This document shows, piece after piece, positions 29,138 to 37,632 of a stretch of DNA of 37,728 nt; within the stretch, counting starts at the first letter, position 1, and every line of letters begins with the position of its first letter. A model generated the notes under the pieces. The model searched no databases. It was given only the letters and a program-made list of their open reading frames with translations, and was not told the DNA's origin. The DNA is taken from the NCBI GenBank assembly GCA_002748225.1, contig PDRU01000080.1, forward strand, positions 1 through 37,728, read 5' to 3'. The position numbers and the translations under genes were made by a program. This DNA comes from Spirochaetales bacterium. GTDB taxonomy: Bacteria > Spirochaetota > Spirochaetia > DSM-2461.

Positions 29138-30405
29138 TGCCTGAATTGTTTAGTGAAAGAGCACCGACTTACGAAGAAGCCATTAAACGGATCCGTGAAA
29201 AATACGGAGACCGTGCCCGTATTATGTTTAATAGAAAAGTGCCGGCCCGAGGGCTTCGGGGCTTAAGGGGCCATGAGGAAGTGGAACTTGCCGGTACCGT
29301 GGCCGTGGGAGACGCCGAAGTGAGAAAACTGCGGGAAACTCAGGACAGACAAAACCGGGCTGCCATACTGGCTTCTGTTGGAAAGACACTGCCCGGACCC
29401 GATGCAGCCCCTGAAAAAGCAAAGCCCTCCGGCGCGTCCCGGTCCGCGGAACATTACGGTGAGCAACCTATTAACCGCGTGCTGGAAGAAATTCACAGCC
29501 TGAAAGAACATCTGGCCGTGGCCGCTGCTCCGCCGCCTCCCCGTTTTCCCGTACTGGATGAGCTGGAAACAATACTGAAGGAAAATGATTTCAGCGAATC
29601 TTACATTCAAAATCTTCTTTCCCATTTGCAGAATAATCTTTCAGCCGCCGATCTGGATAACAGAGTAAAGGTGCACCAGAGTGCTGTTGACAGAATTGCG
29701 GACGGTATTACCTGCCGGGCTCCTGTTTCTTACGGCAAACGGCAGCAAGGCGCCGGGCCCCATGTTCTGGTTCTGGTTGGGCCCACCGGTGTTGGTAAAA
29801 CAACCACAATAGCCAAACTGGCCGCGGTAAACGGCTTATCCAAAAAGCATGACGTGAGAATTTTTACCATAGACGGTTTCCGTATCGGCGCATTGGCGCA
29901 GGTGGAAACCTACGGAGAGATAATGGATATTCCTGTCAGGAATATTGAGAGTCCCGAAGATCTGGCAGCCCAGCTGACTCTGGCTTCCGATGCCGACCTT
30001 ATTCTTATTGATACCATAGGTAAAAGTCCCCGTGACAAAGACCGTATAGAACAGATGCGCCGTCTGCTTGAAGTGTGCGGTGAAAATGCGGATGTTCATC
30101 TGGCTCTCAGTGCCACAACGAAAACCGGCGATGTTATAAAGATAATGGAACTTTTTGACATTTTCGGGTATGGTGCTGTTATTCTGACCAAGCTGGATGA
30201 AACCATGCAGGTAGGTAATTTGATCAGTGTTCTTTCTGAAAAGAACTGTCCAGTCAGTTATCTAACCGATGGTCAGAGTGTGCCGGTAGATATAGAGCTG
30301 GCTTCACCCGGAAGACTTCTCTCCCGTGTCAGCGGGCTTGAATACAATGAAGATGGGCTTTCCGAACAATACCCTTCTGCCGATTTAACGGCAGCCTGGA
30401 GATAA
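29137..30405 (+). CDS. flhF: SRP-type GTPase FlhF
   Basis: Motifs [22 protein letters not shown] and TKLDE. The ATG overlaps the flhA stop (TGATG). Confidence 0.96.
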   Translation: MPELFSERAPTYEEAIKRIREKYGDRARIMFNRKVPARGLRGLRGHEEVELAGTVAVGDAEVRKLRETQDRQNRAAILASVGKTLPGPDAAPEKAKPSGASRSAEHYGEQPINRVLEEIHSLKEHLAVAAAPPPPRFPVLDELETILKENDFSESYIQNLLSHLQNNLSAADLDNRVKVHQSAVDRIADGITCRAPVSYGKRQQGAGPHVLVLVGPTGVGKTTTIAKLAAVNGLSKKHDVRIFTIDGFRIGALAQVETYGEIMDIPVRNIESPEDLAAQLTLASDADLILIDTIGKSPRDKDRIEQMRRLLEVCGENADVHLALSATTKTGDVIKIMELFDIFGYGAVILTKLDETMQVGNLISVLSEKNCPVSYLTDGQSVPVDIELASPGRLLSRVSGLEYNEDGLSEQYPSADLTAAWR

Positions 30406-30421
30406 TACCTGGAGATAACAG

Positions 30422-31279
30422 ATGACAGATCAGGCTGAAAAACTAAGAGAAATTGCACGCAAACAGGCCGAAAAGAAAACGCGGATTATCGCCATTGCCA
30501 GCGGCAAGGGCGGAGTGGGAAAAACCAATGCCGCCATTAACATGGCTATAGCCTACACCAACATAGGAAAGAAAGTTCTGGTTCTTGACGCAGACCTGGG
30601 GCTTGCCAACGTCAATGTTGTTATGGGGGTTATACCCAAGTTCAATCTGTACCACGTTATCCGCAAGCAAAAGCAGATGAAAGACATTATTCTGGATACG
30701 CCCTACGGTGTTCAGATTGTTGCGGGGGCTTCCGGATTCAGCCGGATTGCCAACCTTTCTGAAGAAGAACGCAAAAATTTTGTCAGTGAACTTACGGCTC
30801 TTGTTGATGCCGACATTATAATTATTGATACCAGTGCCGGAGTCAGTTCCAACGTTCTGGCCTTTGTTGAAGCCGCCGACGAAGCCATTATTGTTACAAC
30901 TCCGGAACCCACCGCCATTACAGACGCGTATGGCATTATCAAAATTATTTCTACTGAAATAGACGATCTGGACCTGGGACTCAAACTGGTTGTTAACCGT
31001 GTTTCCAGTGTTACGGAAGCAAAAAAAGTTGCGCAGAGGGTTATCAATATTACAGGTCAGTTTTTGAATGTCAAAGTGGACTATCTGGGATTTGTTTATG
31101 ATGATCCGGCGGTAGCTGTTGCGGTCCGGAAGCAGCAGCCCTTTTTGATTACCGATCCGCGCAGCCGTGCTTCGCAGTGCATTCAGCACATTGTTAACAG
31201 GCTGGAAAAAGTTGAGTACCGGGAAGGCCGGGGCGTGCCGCTTTTTATTAAACGTTTAATGGGCCGTCTGGACAGCTGA
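30422..31279 (+). CDS. flhG: MinD-like ATPase FlhG (FleN/YlxH)
   Basis: N-terminal DQAEKLR, deviant Walker A SGKGGVGKT, DADLGLAN and PEPTAITDAY. Confidence 0.95.
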   Translation: MTDQAEKLREIARKQAEKKTRIIAIASGKGGVGKTNAAINMAIAYTNIGKKVLVLDADLGLANVNVVMGVIPKFNLYHVIRKQKQMKDIILDTPYGVQIVAGASGFSRIANLSEEERKNFVSELTALVDADIIIIDTSAGVSSNVLAFVEAADEAIIVTTPEPTAITDAYGIIKIISTEIDDLDLGLKLVVNRVSSVTEAKKVAQRVINITGQFLNVKVDYLGFVYDDPAVAVAVRKQQPFLITDPRSRASQCIQHIVNRLEKVEYREGRGVPLFIKRLMGRLDS

Positions 31280-31348
31280 ATGGAGGTGTACGAGAATTGT
31301 GGCAGGTGTCTTCAGGCTGTGATAAGATGTGGCAATGGCGAGGTTTGC

Positions 31349-31862
31349 ATGATTCAGCAATTCATACCGGCTCGGTTGACTGTATCGGCACCGTGGCCTA
31401 TTCTGTTAACCGGGTTAACCGGCTATGGCTGTTTCCCTGCTCAGCGGCGGTTTAAGCGGAATACCGTTTGGTGTGCTGCTGTTTCGTTTGGCTGTTGCCG
31501 GAGCAGTATTTGCTGTACTGGCCCTTTTACTGAATCTTCTGTTCCTGCGTTTCTTTCCGGAACTGTTTGAGCCGGCAAATGATGAAGAACAGACAGATTC
31601 CGGCGATGATGCCGAATCTCCGGGCAGCAGGCTGAATATTGTTATGCCGGGAGAGGAACCTGATAAGGCTTTCTATGAAGATGCCGGTGAGGATAAGGAG
31701 AAATTGATGGATAATATGAACAGTAATTCCGGAGATTTCTTTGATATAGATAATGAGGCTGGCGAGGATTCCTCCCTGAAGAAAAGTCCTATGGAAGGTG
31801 TTGAACCTGAAGAAATGGCTCATGCTATCCATACAGTATTGACTCGAGATGAAAAAGGTTAA
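31349..31862 (+). pseudogene. Two-TM membrane protein between flhG and fliA (FlgV-like), with a +1 frameshift at ~31421 as sequenced
   Basis: ATG 31349 with GAGG upstream gives MIQQFIPARLTVSAPWPILLTGLT, which continues naturally into (A)MAVSLLSGGLSGIPFGVLLFR...FFPEL in the +1 frame. That frame has TAA at 31416-31418. An acidic tail ends EEMAHAIHTVLTRD. Confidence 0.6.
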
Positions 31863-31867
31863 ACTTC

Positions 31868-32662
31868 ATGTCGGATAATGAAATAGAAATTGGCGGAGTA
31901 CCAGAAAAAGAACTTTGGAAAAAGTACCGCAGTACCGGAGACCAGTCTATTCGGGACTCCATTGTCAGGCAGTATGCGCCGCTGGTGAAATATGTGGCCG
32001 GTAAGGTTTCTGTGGGTATGCCTCAGAATGTGGATTTTGACGATTTGGTGGGTTTCGGTGTCTTTGGCCTCTTCGATGCCATAGAAAAGTTTGATACCGA
32101 AAAGCATGTCAAGTTCAAAACATACGCGGTTACACGTATCCGGGGGGCCATCTTTGATGAACTGCGCTCCATAGACTGGGTTCCGCGCTCTGTCCGTCAG
32201 AAGAGCCGTGAAATTGATGAAACAGTACAGCATCTGGAGGCGCGGCTGGGCCGGGCCGCCACAGATGAAGAAGTTGCCGCGGAAATGGGTTTGAGCATGG
32301 AACAGTACAATCAGATGATGCTCAAAGTAAGCGGTTCCTCCATGCTTTCCCTGAATGACATATGGCTGAACGGCGACGAAAACGACAAAATATCCATAGT
32401 GGAAAGTATTGAGTCTCCATCTTCTCTCCGTCCGGACGCCATTGCTGAAAAAGGCGAAATGCGCCGGGTTATTGTTGAAGCCATTCAGGAACTTCCGGAA
32501 AAGGAAAAAAAGGTTCTTATTTTATATTATTACGAAGACCTCACCTTAAAAGAAATAGGCAAAGTACTGGATGTTACCGAGTCGCGTATTTCCCAGCTGC
32601 ATACCAAGGCCATAAGCCGCCTGCGTTCCAAGCTGACAAATATTAAAAAAGGAATTTTCTAG
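31868..32662 (+). CDS. fliA: RNA polymerase sigma-28 factor (FliA/WhiG family)
   Basis: Motifs [29 protein letters not shown] and [27 protein letters not shown]. Confidence 0.96.
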   Translation: MSDNEIEIGGVPEKELWKKYRSTGDQSIRDSIVRQYAPLVKYVAGKVSVGMPQNVDFDDLVGFGVFGLFDAIEKFDTEKHVKFKTYAVTRIRGAIFDELRSIDWVPRSVRQKSREIDETVQHLEARLGRAATDEEVAAEMGLSMEQYNQMMLKVSGSSMLSLNDIWLNGDENDKISIVESIESPSSLRPDAIAEKGEMRRVIVEAIQELPEKEKKVLILYYYEDLTLKEIGKVLDVTESRISQLHTKAISRLRSKLTNIKKGIF

Positions 32663-32664
32663 CA

Positions 32665-34464
32665 ATGATCGGTCTGGATAATTTTCGAGAGAGAATGAAG
32701 GCCGAAGCTGAGAAAACCCGGAAGATAAAAAGTGTCCAGGTGGGCGGCCGTTCCCTTGACGATGCCCTCCGGCAGGCTTCACTGGAACTGGGGCTGCCCC
32801 TCCGCGTGCTGGAATATGAAATTCTGGACAGAGGGCATGGGGGAGTGCTGGGCCGAAAAAGCCGCCCCTGGCGTATTATAGCCTACGAAAGTGTTAATCT
32901 TAAAGCGGATAAAAATGAACAAAGTCTGGAAGATGAACTGGGCCTGAAAGCGTACGAAGTACAGGAAGTTCCTGAAGATATCGATGCCGACGGACGCTTT
33001 TCGGTCCGCCTGGCTGCTAACGGCGCCTGGCTCAAGGTTTTCCCGCCGGAGGGTAAAGGCCGTCCGGTATTCCCGGAAGAAGTCATTATTGTCAACGAGC
33101 CCGGGCCGGGAGGTGTTGACTTAAGGGTAGAGGATATCCGCGGTTTTCTGACAAACAACAGTGTTATTTACGGAGTTCTTGATGAGGCTCTGCAGGACTT
33201 TGAAGATTTTCCCGAATACGGGGTTTCGTATCTTGTGGCCGAAGGTTCTCCTCCGGTAAACGGCAGCGATGCCCGGGTTATCTATAATTTTGAAACAGAT
33301 CCCAACAAAATTTCCATAAAGGAAAGAGAAGACGGCAGTGTCGACTTCAAGGAACTTAACCGGTATCAGAACGTCGTAAAAGGACAGCCGCTGGCCAGAA
33401 AAATTCCTCCTGAACCCGGTAAAGACGGACGGACTGTCTATGGGCGTTATATTCCTGCCCGCGACGGCAACGATCTGGAAATAGGTCTGGGCAAGAATGT
33501 TACCATTACCGATAACGGCGCAACGGTTATAGCTACGGCCAGCGGCCATGTTATGATCAAGAACGGCAAAATTAATGTGGATACAGTGCTGGTTATTCCG
33601 GGAAATGTCGATGCCCGTACCGGCCATGTGAACACCCTCGGCTCTGTGGTTATCAGAGGCAATGTGGAAGACGGCTATAATGTAACCGCCCAGGGTAAAA
33701 TTGAAGTGCTGGGTTACGTTGGTAAAGCCAACCTGAACGCGGGAGGGGACATTGTTGTTTCCCGCGGCATTAACGGCGGGGAAGGCACGGAGTTTGGACA
33801 CATCGTAGCCGCCAAAAGCATCTGGTCTTCCTTTATTCAGTATGCGCAGGCGGAAGCGGGCGAATACGTTATTGTGAGTGCCGGTATTGTCAACTCGGAT
33901 GTGGTAGCCCAGAAAAGAATTCTGTGTAAAGGGCGGCGTGCCAAAATTGTAGGCGGTCATGTCAGGGCTTCTGAAGAAGTTAATGCCATTACCCTGGGTT
34001 CTCCCGGTTCCTCTGAAACACTGGTTGAAGTTGGTTTTGATCCCCGGGCACGGGAAGAACTGGAACAGCTTAACAACCAGTATGAAGCTCTGGATTCCGA
34101 GAAGGACACTGTCGATCTGAACCTTCAGGGCCTCAAACGCCAGGTGCTTATTCAGAAGAAACGTTTATCGAAAGAAAAAGAACAGCTGTTTGAAGAACTG
34201 CGTAAAAAGCACAACGAACTTCACCGTAAAATGGCTGCTCTTCAGGAAGAAATCAACCGTAAACAGGAGTACCTGAATACCCTTACCATTAATGGAAAAG
34301 TTTCCGCCTCAAAACGGGTTTACGCGGGGGTTAAACTGAGAATACGCGATGTTGAATATGTGGTTAAAGATTCTTATGAAAGTCCTGTAACCTTTGTTCT
34401 TGACGGCGATTATATCAGTACTGTGAAGTACCAGGATATTCAGGACGAACTCATCCGGAGGTAG
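32665..34464 (+). CDS. fapA: FapA (DUF342) family protein with an N-terminal Jag_N-like domain
   Basis: Jag_N-like GRSLDDALRQASLELG...YEIL; VAEGSPPVNG, DGSVDFKEL, VVKGQPLARKIPP; beta-helix GNVD...G repeats; coiled-coil insertion; directly follows fliA. Confidence 0.85.
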   Translation: MIGLDNFRERMKAEAEKTRKIKSVQVGGRSLDDALRQASLELGLPLRVLEYEILDRGHGGVLGRKSRPWRIIAYESVNLKADKNEQSLEDELGLKAYEVQEVPEDIDADGRFSVRLAANGAWLKVFPPEGKGRPVFPEEVIIVNEPGPGGVDLRVEDIRGFLTNNSVIYGVLDEALQDFEDFPEYGVSYLVAEGSPPVNGSDARVIYNFETDPNKISIKEREDGSVDFKELNRYQNVVKGQPLARKIPPEPGKDGRTVYGRYIPARDGNDLEIGLGKNVTITDNGATVIATASGHVMIKNGKINVDTVLVIPGNVDARTGHVNTLGSVVIRGNVEDGYNVTAQGKIEVLGYVGKANLNAGGDIVVSRGINGGEGTEFGHIVAAKSIWSSFIQYAQAEAGEYVIVSAGIVNSDVVAQKRILCKGRRAKIVGGHVRASEEVNAITLGSPGSSETLVEVGFDPRAREELEQLNNQYEALDSEKDTVDLNLQGLKRQVLIQKKRLSKEKEQLFEELRKKHNELHRKMAALQEEINRKQEYLNTLTINGKVSASKRVYAGVKLRIRDVEYVVKDSYESPVTFVLDGDYISTVKYQDIQDELIRR

Positions 34465-34468
34465 CACG

Positions 34469-34795
34469 GTGAGTATTAAGCCTATCGATCTGCAGACCCT
34501 GTTTGTTAAAATGGACGAAGTCAGTAAAGAGCAGTCCCTCATAAAGGAACATTCCGCGCTGCAGCAGTCTCAGGCCGCGCGCGCCCAGGTTATCCAGGAA
34601 CTGGAAGATGATCACCGCGTTACACAGACACCTGAAGACAGCGAGGATCAGGCGGTTCAGGAGGATACGTCCGGAAATGACACAGAGTCCGGCCGGGAGA
34701 ATGAAGAGCATTCGCATCATGAAAAAATGAACAAACAGAATCGAACTGTTGTGACCGATCCCGATGTGGGACAGCACATCGATATTAAAGGGTGA
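34469..34795 (+). CDS. Conserved small hypothetical protein of flagellar operons
   Basis: GTG start with SD GGAGGT. N-terminal MSIKPIDLQ and C-terminal GQHIDIKG flank a charged low-complexity middle. Confidence 0.8.
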   Translation: MSIKPIDLQTLFVKMDEVSKEQSLIKEHSALQQSQAARAQVIQELEDDHRVTQTPEDSEDQAVQEDTSGNDTESGRENEEHSHHEKMNKQNRTVVTDPDVGQHIDIKG

Positions 34796-35376
34796 TTTTT
34801 TCCGTGTTTTGGGCAAGCGTATCGGCAGCTGTTGTTATTTCTCTGTCCGTCTGTCTGCTGTACGGAGCGCTCCTGCGGCGGCGTCTGCGGAACAGATCCG
34901 GCATAGAGCCGCTGACAGAAAATCTGCGCAAAGAAGTAGATAATCTGGTTCTGGAACTGAACAGTACAACCGAGCGCAATATTGCTCTGCTGGAAAACCG
35001 TATAAACGCCCTGAAGGAAATGCTGGACCAGGCCCGGAAAACAGCCGGTGTATTACGCAGGGAACAGGAACAGCATCATCTTGCCAGTCAGGTATATACG
35101 CATCTGGAACAGGCCGCGTCCCGAAACACACCTCTTAACCTGAAAGTAGAAGAAAAAGAGAATGAAACACCTCAAAGCGTTGTGGAGAAAAATCCGTCAC
35201 AGCCTGCTCCTGAGGAGGGCACAGAAGTGCCGGATATGCAGTCCATGACTGTCCGCGAAAAAGTTATTCTGCAATACAGCAGGGGTGAAAATGTTGACGC
35301 AATTTCTCAGACACTCGGCATTAGTCCGGGAGAGGTGGAGTTAATTATATCCCTGCACAGAGGGAGGTCGCTTTAG
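34792..35376 (+). CDS. Single-TM coiled-coil protein with C-terminal HTH-like motif (SwrB/DUF6115-like)
   Basis: N-terminal TM, coiled coil (ELNSTTERNIALLENRINALKEML) and C-terminal GENVDAISQTLGISPGEVELIISL. Confidence 0.7.
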   Translation: MIFSVFWASVSAAVVISLSVCLLYGALLRRRLRNRSGIEPLTENLRKEVDNLVLELNSTTERNIALLENRINALKEMLDQARKTAGVLRREQEQHHLASQVYTHLEQAASRNTPLNLKVEEKENETPQSVVEKNPSQPAPEEGTEVPDMQSMTVREKVILQYSRGENVDAISQTLGISPGEVELIISLHRGRSL

Positions 35377-35379
35377 TTT

Positions 35380-37197
35380 ATGTCACAGCAGTTCAGTGAA
35401 ACCTTCATTAGAGACGCGGAAGAACTTCTGACCGCGTTGCATCTTATGGCCGAAAATACCCCGGCTGAAAACAGCAGCGCTGACAGCTCCGAAATTGCGC
35501 GTGCTCTGCATTCGCTCAAGTCAGGAGCCTCCTTTCTGGGCTGGGAAGATCTGGAAACAGAAGCTCACAACCTTGAAAGCCTGATGGCCGATACCGGCGC
35601 CGGAGAAATAGACTGGTCTGAGGCGGCAGTAAAACTCAGCACCCTGCTGGACGGCCACAGACCGTCCCCTGCCGCTCCAGCTGATTCTCCGGTGAAGGCG
35701 GTTCGTTTCAGTGCTCTGGAAAAGCGTGTGCTGGCCGAATCCAGGCAGAGAGGAGAACGGCTCTACCGGCTTACCTGTGTTGTTGATTCCGCAGAATTGC
35801 TTCCTTATCCGAGGGCCTATCTTGTATCGTCCCGTCTGGAAACAACAACCACGCTTGTTAAAACAGTTCCTCCCATGAACGAGCCGGATGCCAATTTCTT
35901 CCGGCCTGTATTCTGGTTGACAACTGACAGCAGTGAAGATGAAATATACAAAGCCGCGGATGTGGATCTGGTCAGTGTAGCCGAGCTTACAGCCCTGGAT
36001 ATTGCCAAAGCCCTCAGCATGGAAGAACTGCCGGTCGGCTCTCCTGTGCTGGAAAACAAGGGAACGCAGGACAGCCTTATTGTTGACCGCGGACGCTACA
36101 ACAGCTTAAGGCAAATTGCTTCCGAGCTGGCATGGCGGCTGGATCATAAACCCGACTTTTCTGTCAGTTCCCTGATAACCGAAATGCAGCGCAGTCTGGA
36201 AAATCTGGCCTATCATCCGCTTGAACCCCTGCTGGAAGACATTGCTGAGGGTGTAACACGCATTGCCGGCCGGCGGGGCATTGAAGCCGCTTTGCACTGG
36301 GAGACCGCTTCCGGGGGACTCGACGCTCCGTCGCTGGATGTACTTTCGGAAATCTTGCGTCAAATGGCCCGTAATTCCCTGCGCCATGGAGTGGAAAGCC
36401 CGGAGGAACGTGTGCGGGCCGGTAAAAATCCGCAGGCTACACTCTTTCTGAGAATGGAACGCTCCGGGACAAGCTACCGTTTCCGCTTTGAAGACGACGG
36501 GCGTGGAATTGATAAACAAAAGGTAATAGAACGCGCCCTCCGGGAAGGTCTGTTTTCCAGTGAAAACCCGGCACCTGAACACCCCGAAGAGCTGACAGAC
36601 GCCCAGCTGCTCAACATACTCTGTCTGCCGGGATTCTCCAGTGCCGAAACAGCCGATACCGACGGCGGCCGGGGGCTGGGACTGGAAATGGTGCGTCAGC
36701 TTCTTGTCCGTGAATTCGGCAGCGAGCTGGAACTGGAAAACAAACCCGGCCAGGGGACAGCCTTTCAGTGGAGCTTCCCCGAAAAACATCTGCGTCAGCC
36801 CTATCTTGTCTTTGTTGTGGACAAGCGTTCCTGGGCCCTCCCGCTTGAGTCTGTGTACCGCAGAGGCGTCATGGAACCGGAAAAAATGAACGCCGCCGGA
36901 CAGGCCTACACCGTAGAAAACGGACTGGTACCGCTGGTCAGCCCGAAAGGGCTGTTACCTCCCGGCACACTAAAACCGTATATACTGGAAATCCGTCACA
37001 GAGGGCGCCGGGCCGTTCTGCCCGTAGACGATCTTCTTTCCGAAGAACCCTGGGGCGTGGACGATCTTGTTCCAGCCGAGCCGGCTACTCCCTGGTGCCG
37101 GGCCCTCAAAGACCGCCGGGACAACATACCCATTCTTTCGCCGGCTGTCGTGTACGCGGCCCTTGAACTTTTCCGGTACCGGCTGAAATTAAACTGA
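35380..37197 (+). CDS. cheA: CheA-like histidine kinase (Hpt, P2, short dimerisation region, HATPase, degenerate CheW-like domain)
   Basis: Hpt RALHSLKSGASFLG; N-box RNSLRHGVESPEER..AGK; G1 EDDGRGID; F-box LPGFSSA; G2 GRGLGLEMV; G3-like GQGTAF. Confidence 0.8.
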   Translation: MSQQFSETFIRDAEELLTALHLMAENTPAENSSADSSEIARALHSLKSGASFLGWEDLETEAHNLESLMADTGAGEIDWSEAAVKLSTLLDGHRPSPAAPADSPVKAVRFSALEKRVLAESRQRGERLYRLTCVVDSAELLPYPRAYLVSSRLETTTTLVKTVPPMNEPDANFFRPVFWLTTDSSEDEIYKAADVDLVSVAELTALDIAKALSMEELPVGSPVLENKGTQDSLIVDRGRYNSLRQIASELAWRLDHKPDFSVSSLITEMQRSLENLAYHPLEPLLEDIAEGVTRIAGRRGIEAALHWETASGGLDAPSLDVLSEILRQMARNSLRHGVESPEERVRAGKNPQATLFLRMERSGTSYRFRFEDDGRGIDKQKVIERALREGLFSSENPAPEHPEELTDAQLLNILCLPGFSSAETADTDGGRGLGLEMVRQLLVREFGSELELENKPGQGTAFQWSFPEKHLRQPYLVFVVDKRSWALPLESVYRRGVMEPEKMNAAGQAYTVENGLVPLVSPKGLLPPGTLKPYILEIRHRGRRAVLPVDDLLSEEPWGVDDLVPAEPATPWCRALKDRRDNIPILSPAVVYAALELFRYRLKLN

Positions 37198-37214
37198 AAC
37201 CGGGCTGAAACCGT

Positions 37215-37244
37215 CCGCGGGTGTTTATTTTGCCCGCGGGTTTT
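37215..37244 (+). terminator. Possible intrinsic terminator after cheA, part of repeat module A
   Basis: CCGCGGG-TGTTTATTTTG-CCCGCGG GC-rich stem followed by GTTTT, 17 nt after the cheA stop, between convergent genes. Confidence 0.4.
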
Positions 37245-37624
37245 GAGTTCAGCGCCGGCTGAGCGCTTCCCGTGCGCCTGCTATGCGCTTAAGCGCGCCA
37301 TTCTGTGCGCCGTATGGCCGCCCCTCTGTTCAGCGCCCCTCTTCAGGCCCGGCGCCTGCTATGCGCTTAAGCGCGCCATTCTGTGCGCCATATGGCCGCT
37401 CCCTGTTTAGCGCCCCTCTTCAGGCCCGGCGCCTGCACGGCGGTTTTGAGAGGCCGCGCGCGGGTGTTTATTTTGCTCGCGGGTTTTGAGTTCAGCGCCG
37501 GCTGAGCACTTCCCGTGCGCCTGCTATGCGCTTAAGCGCGCCATACTGTGCGCCATATGGCCGCCCCTCTGTTCGGCGCCCCTCTTCAGGCCCGGCGCCT
37601 GCATGGCGGTTTTGAGAGGCCGCC
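37216..37624. repeat. Composite palindromic tandem repeat A-B-B-C-A-B-C (A 58 bp, B 77-78 bp, C 30 bp)
   Basis: A copies at 37216-37273 and 37459-37516; B at 37274-37351, 37352-37428 and 37517-37594; C at 37429-37458 and 37595-37624. Copies differ at only a few positions, and each B holds the perfect palindrome GCGCTTAAGCGC. Confidence 0.92.
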
Positions 37625-37632
37625 CGCGTGCT

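Noticed and set aside
31280-31570. 96-aa Cys-rich ORF after flhG as an independent gene
   Set aside because: Only its middle portion (from ATG 31349) looks coding, and that is better explained as the N-terminus of the frameshifted membrane protein.
37283-37489. 68-aa ORF within the repeat
   Set aside because: It is a translation of the repeat modules (duplicated MRLSAPFCAPYGR) with no SD, and its reading of the repeat changes at the 77-bp copy.
37216-37624. CRISPR array
   Set aside because: The sequences between the palindromic motifs are themselves near-identical repeats rather than unique spacers, and there are no cas genes in the window.
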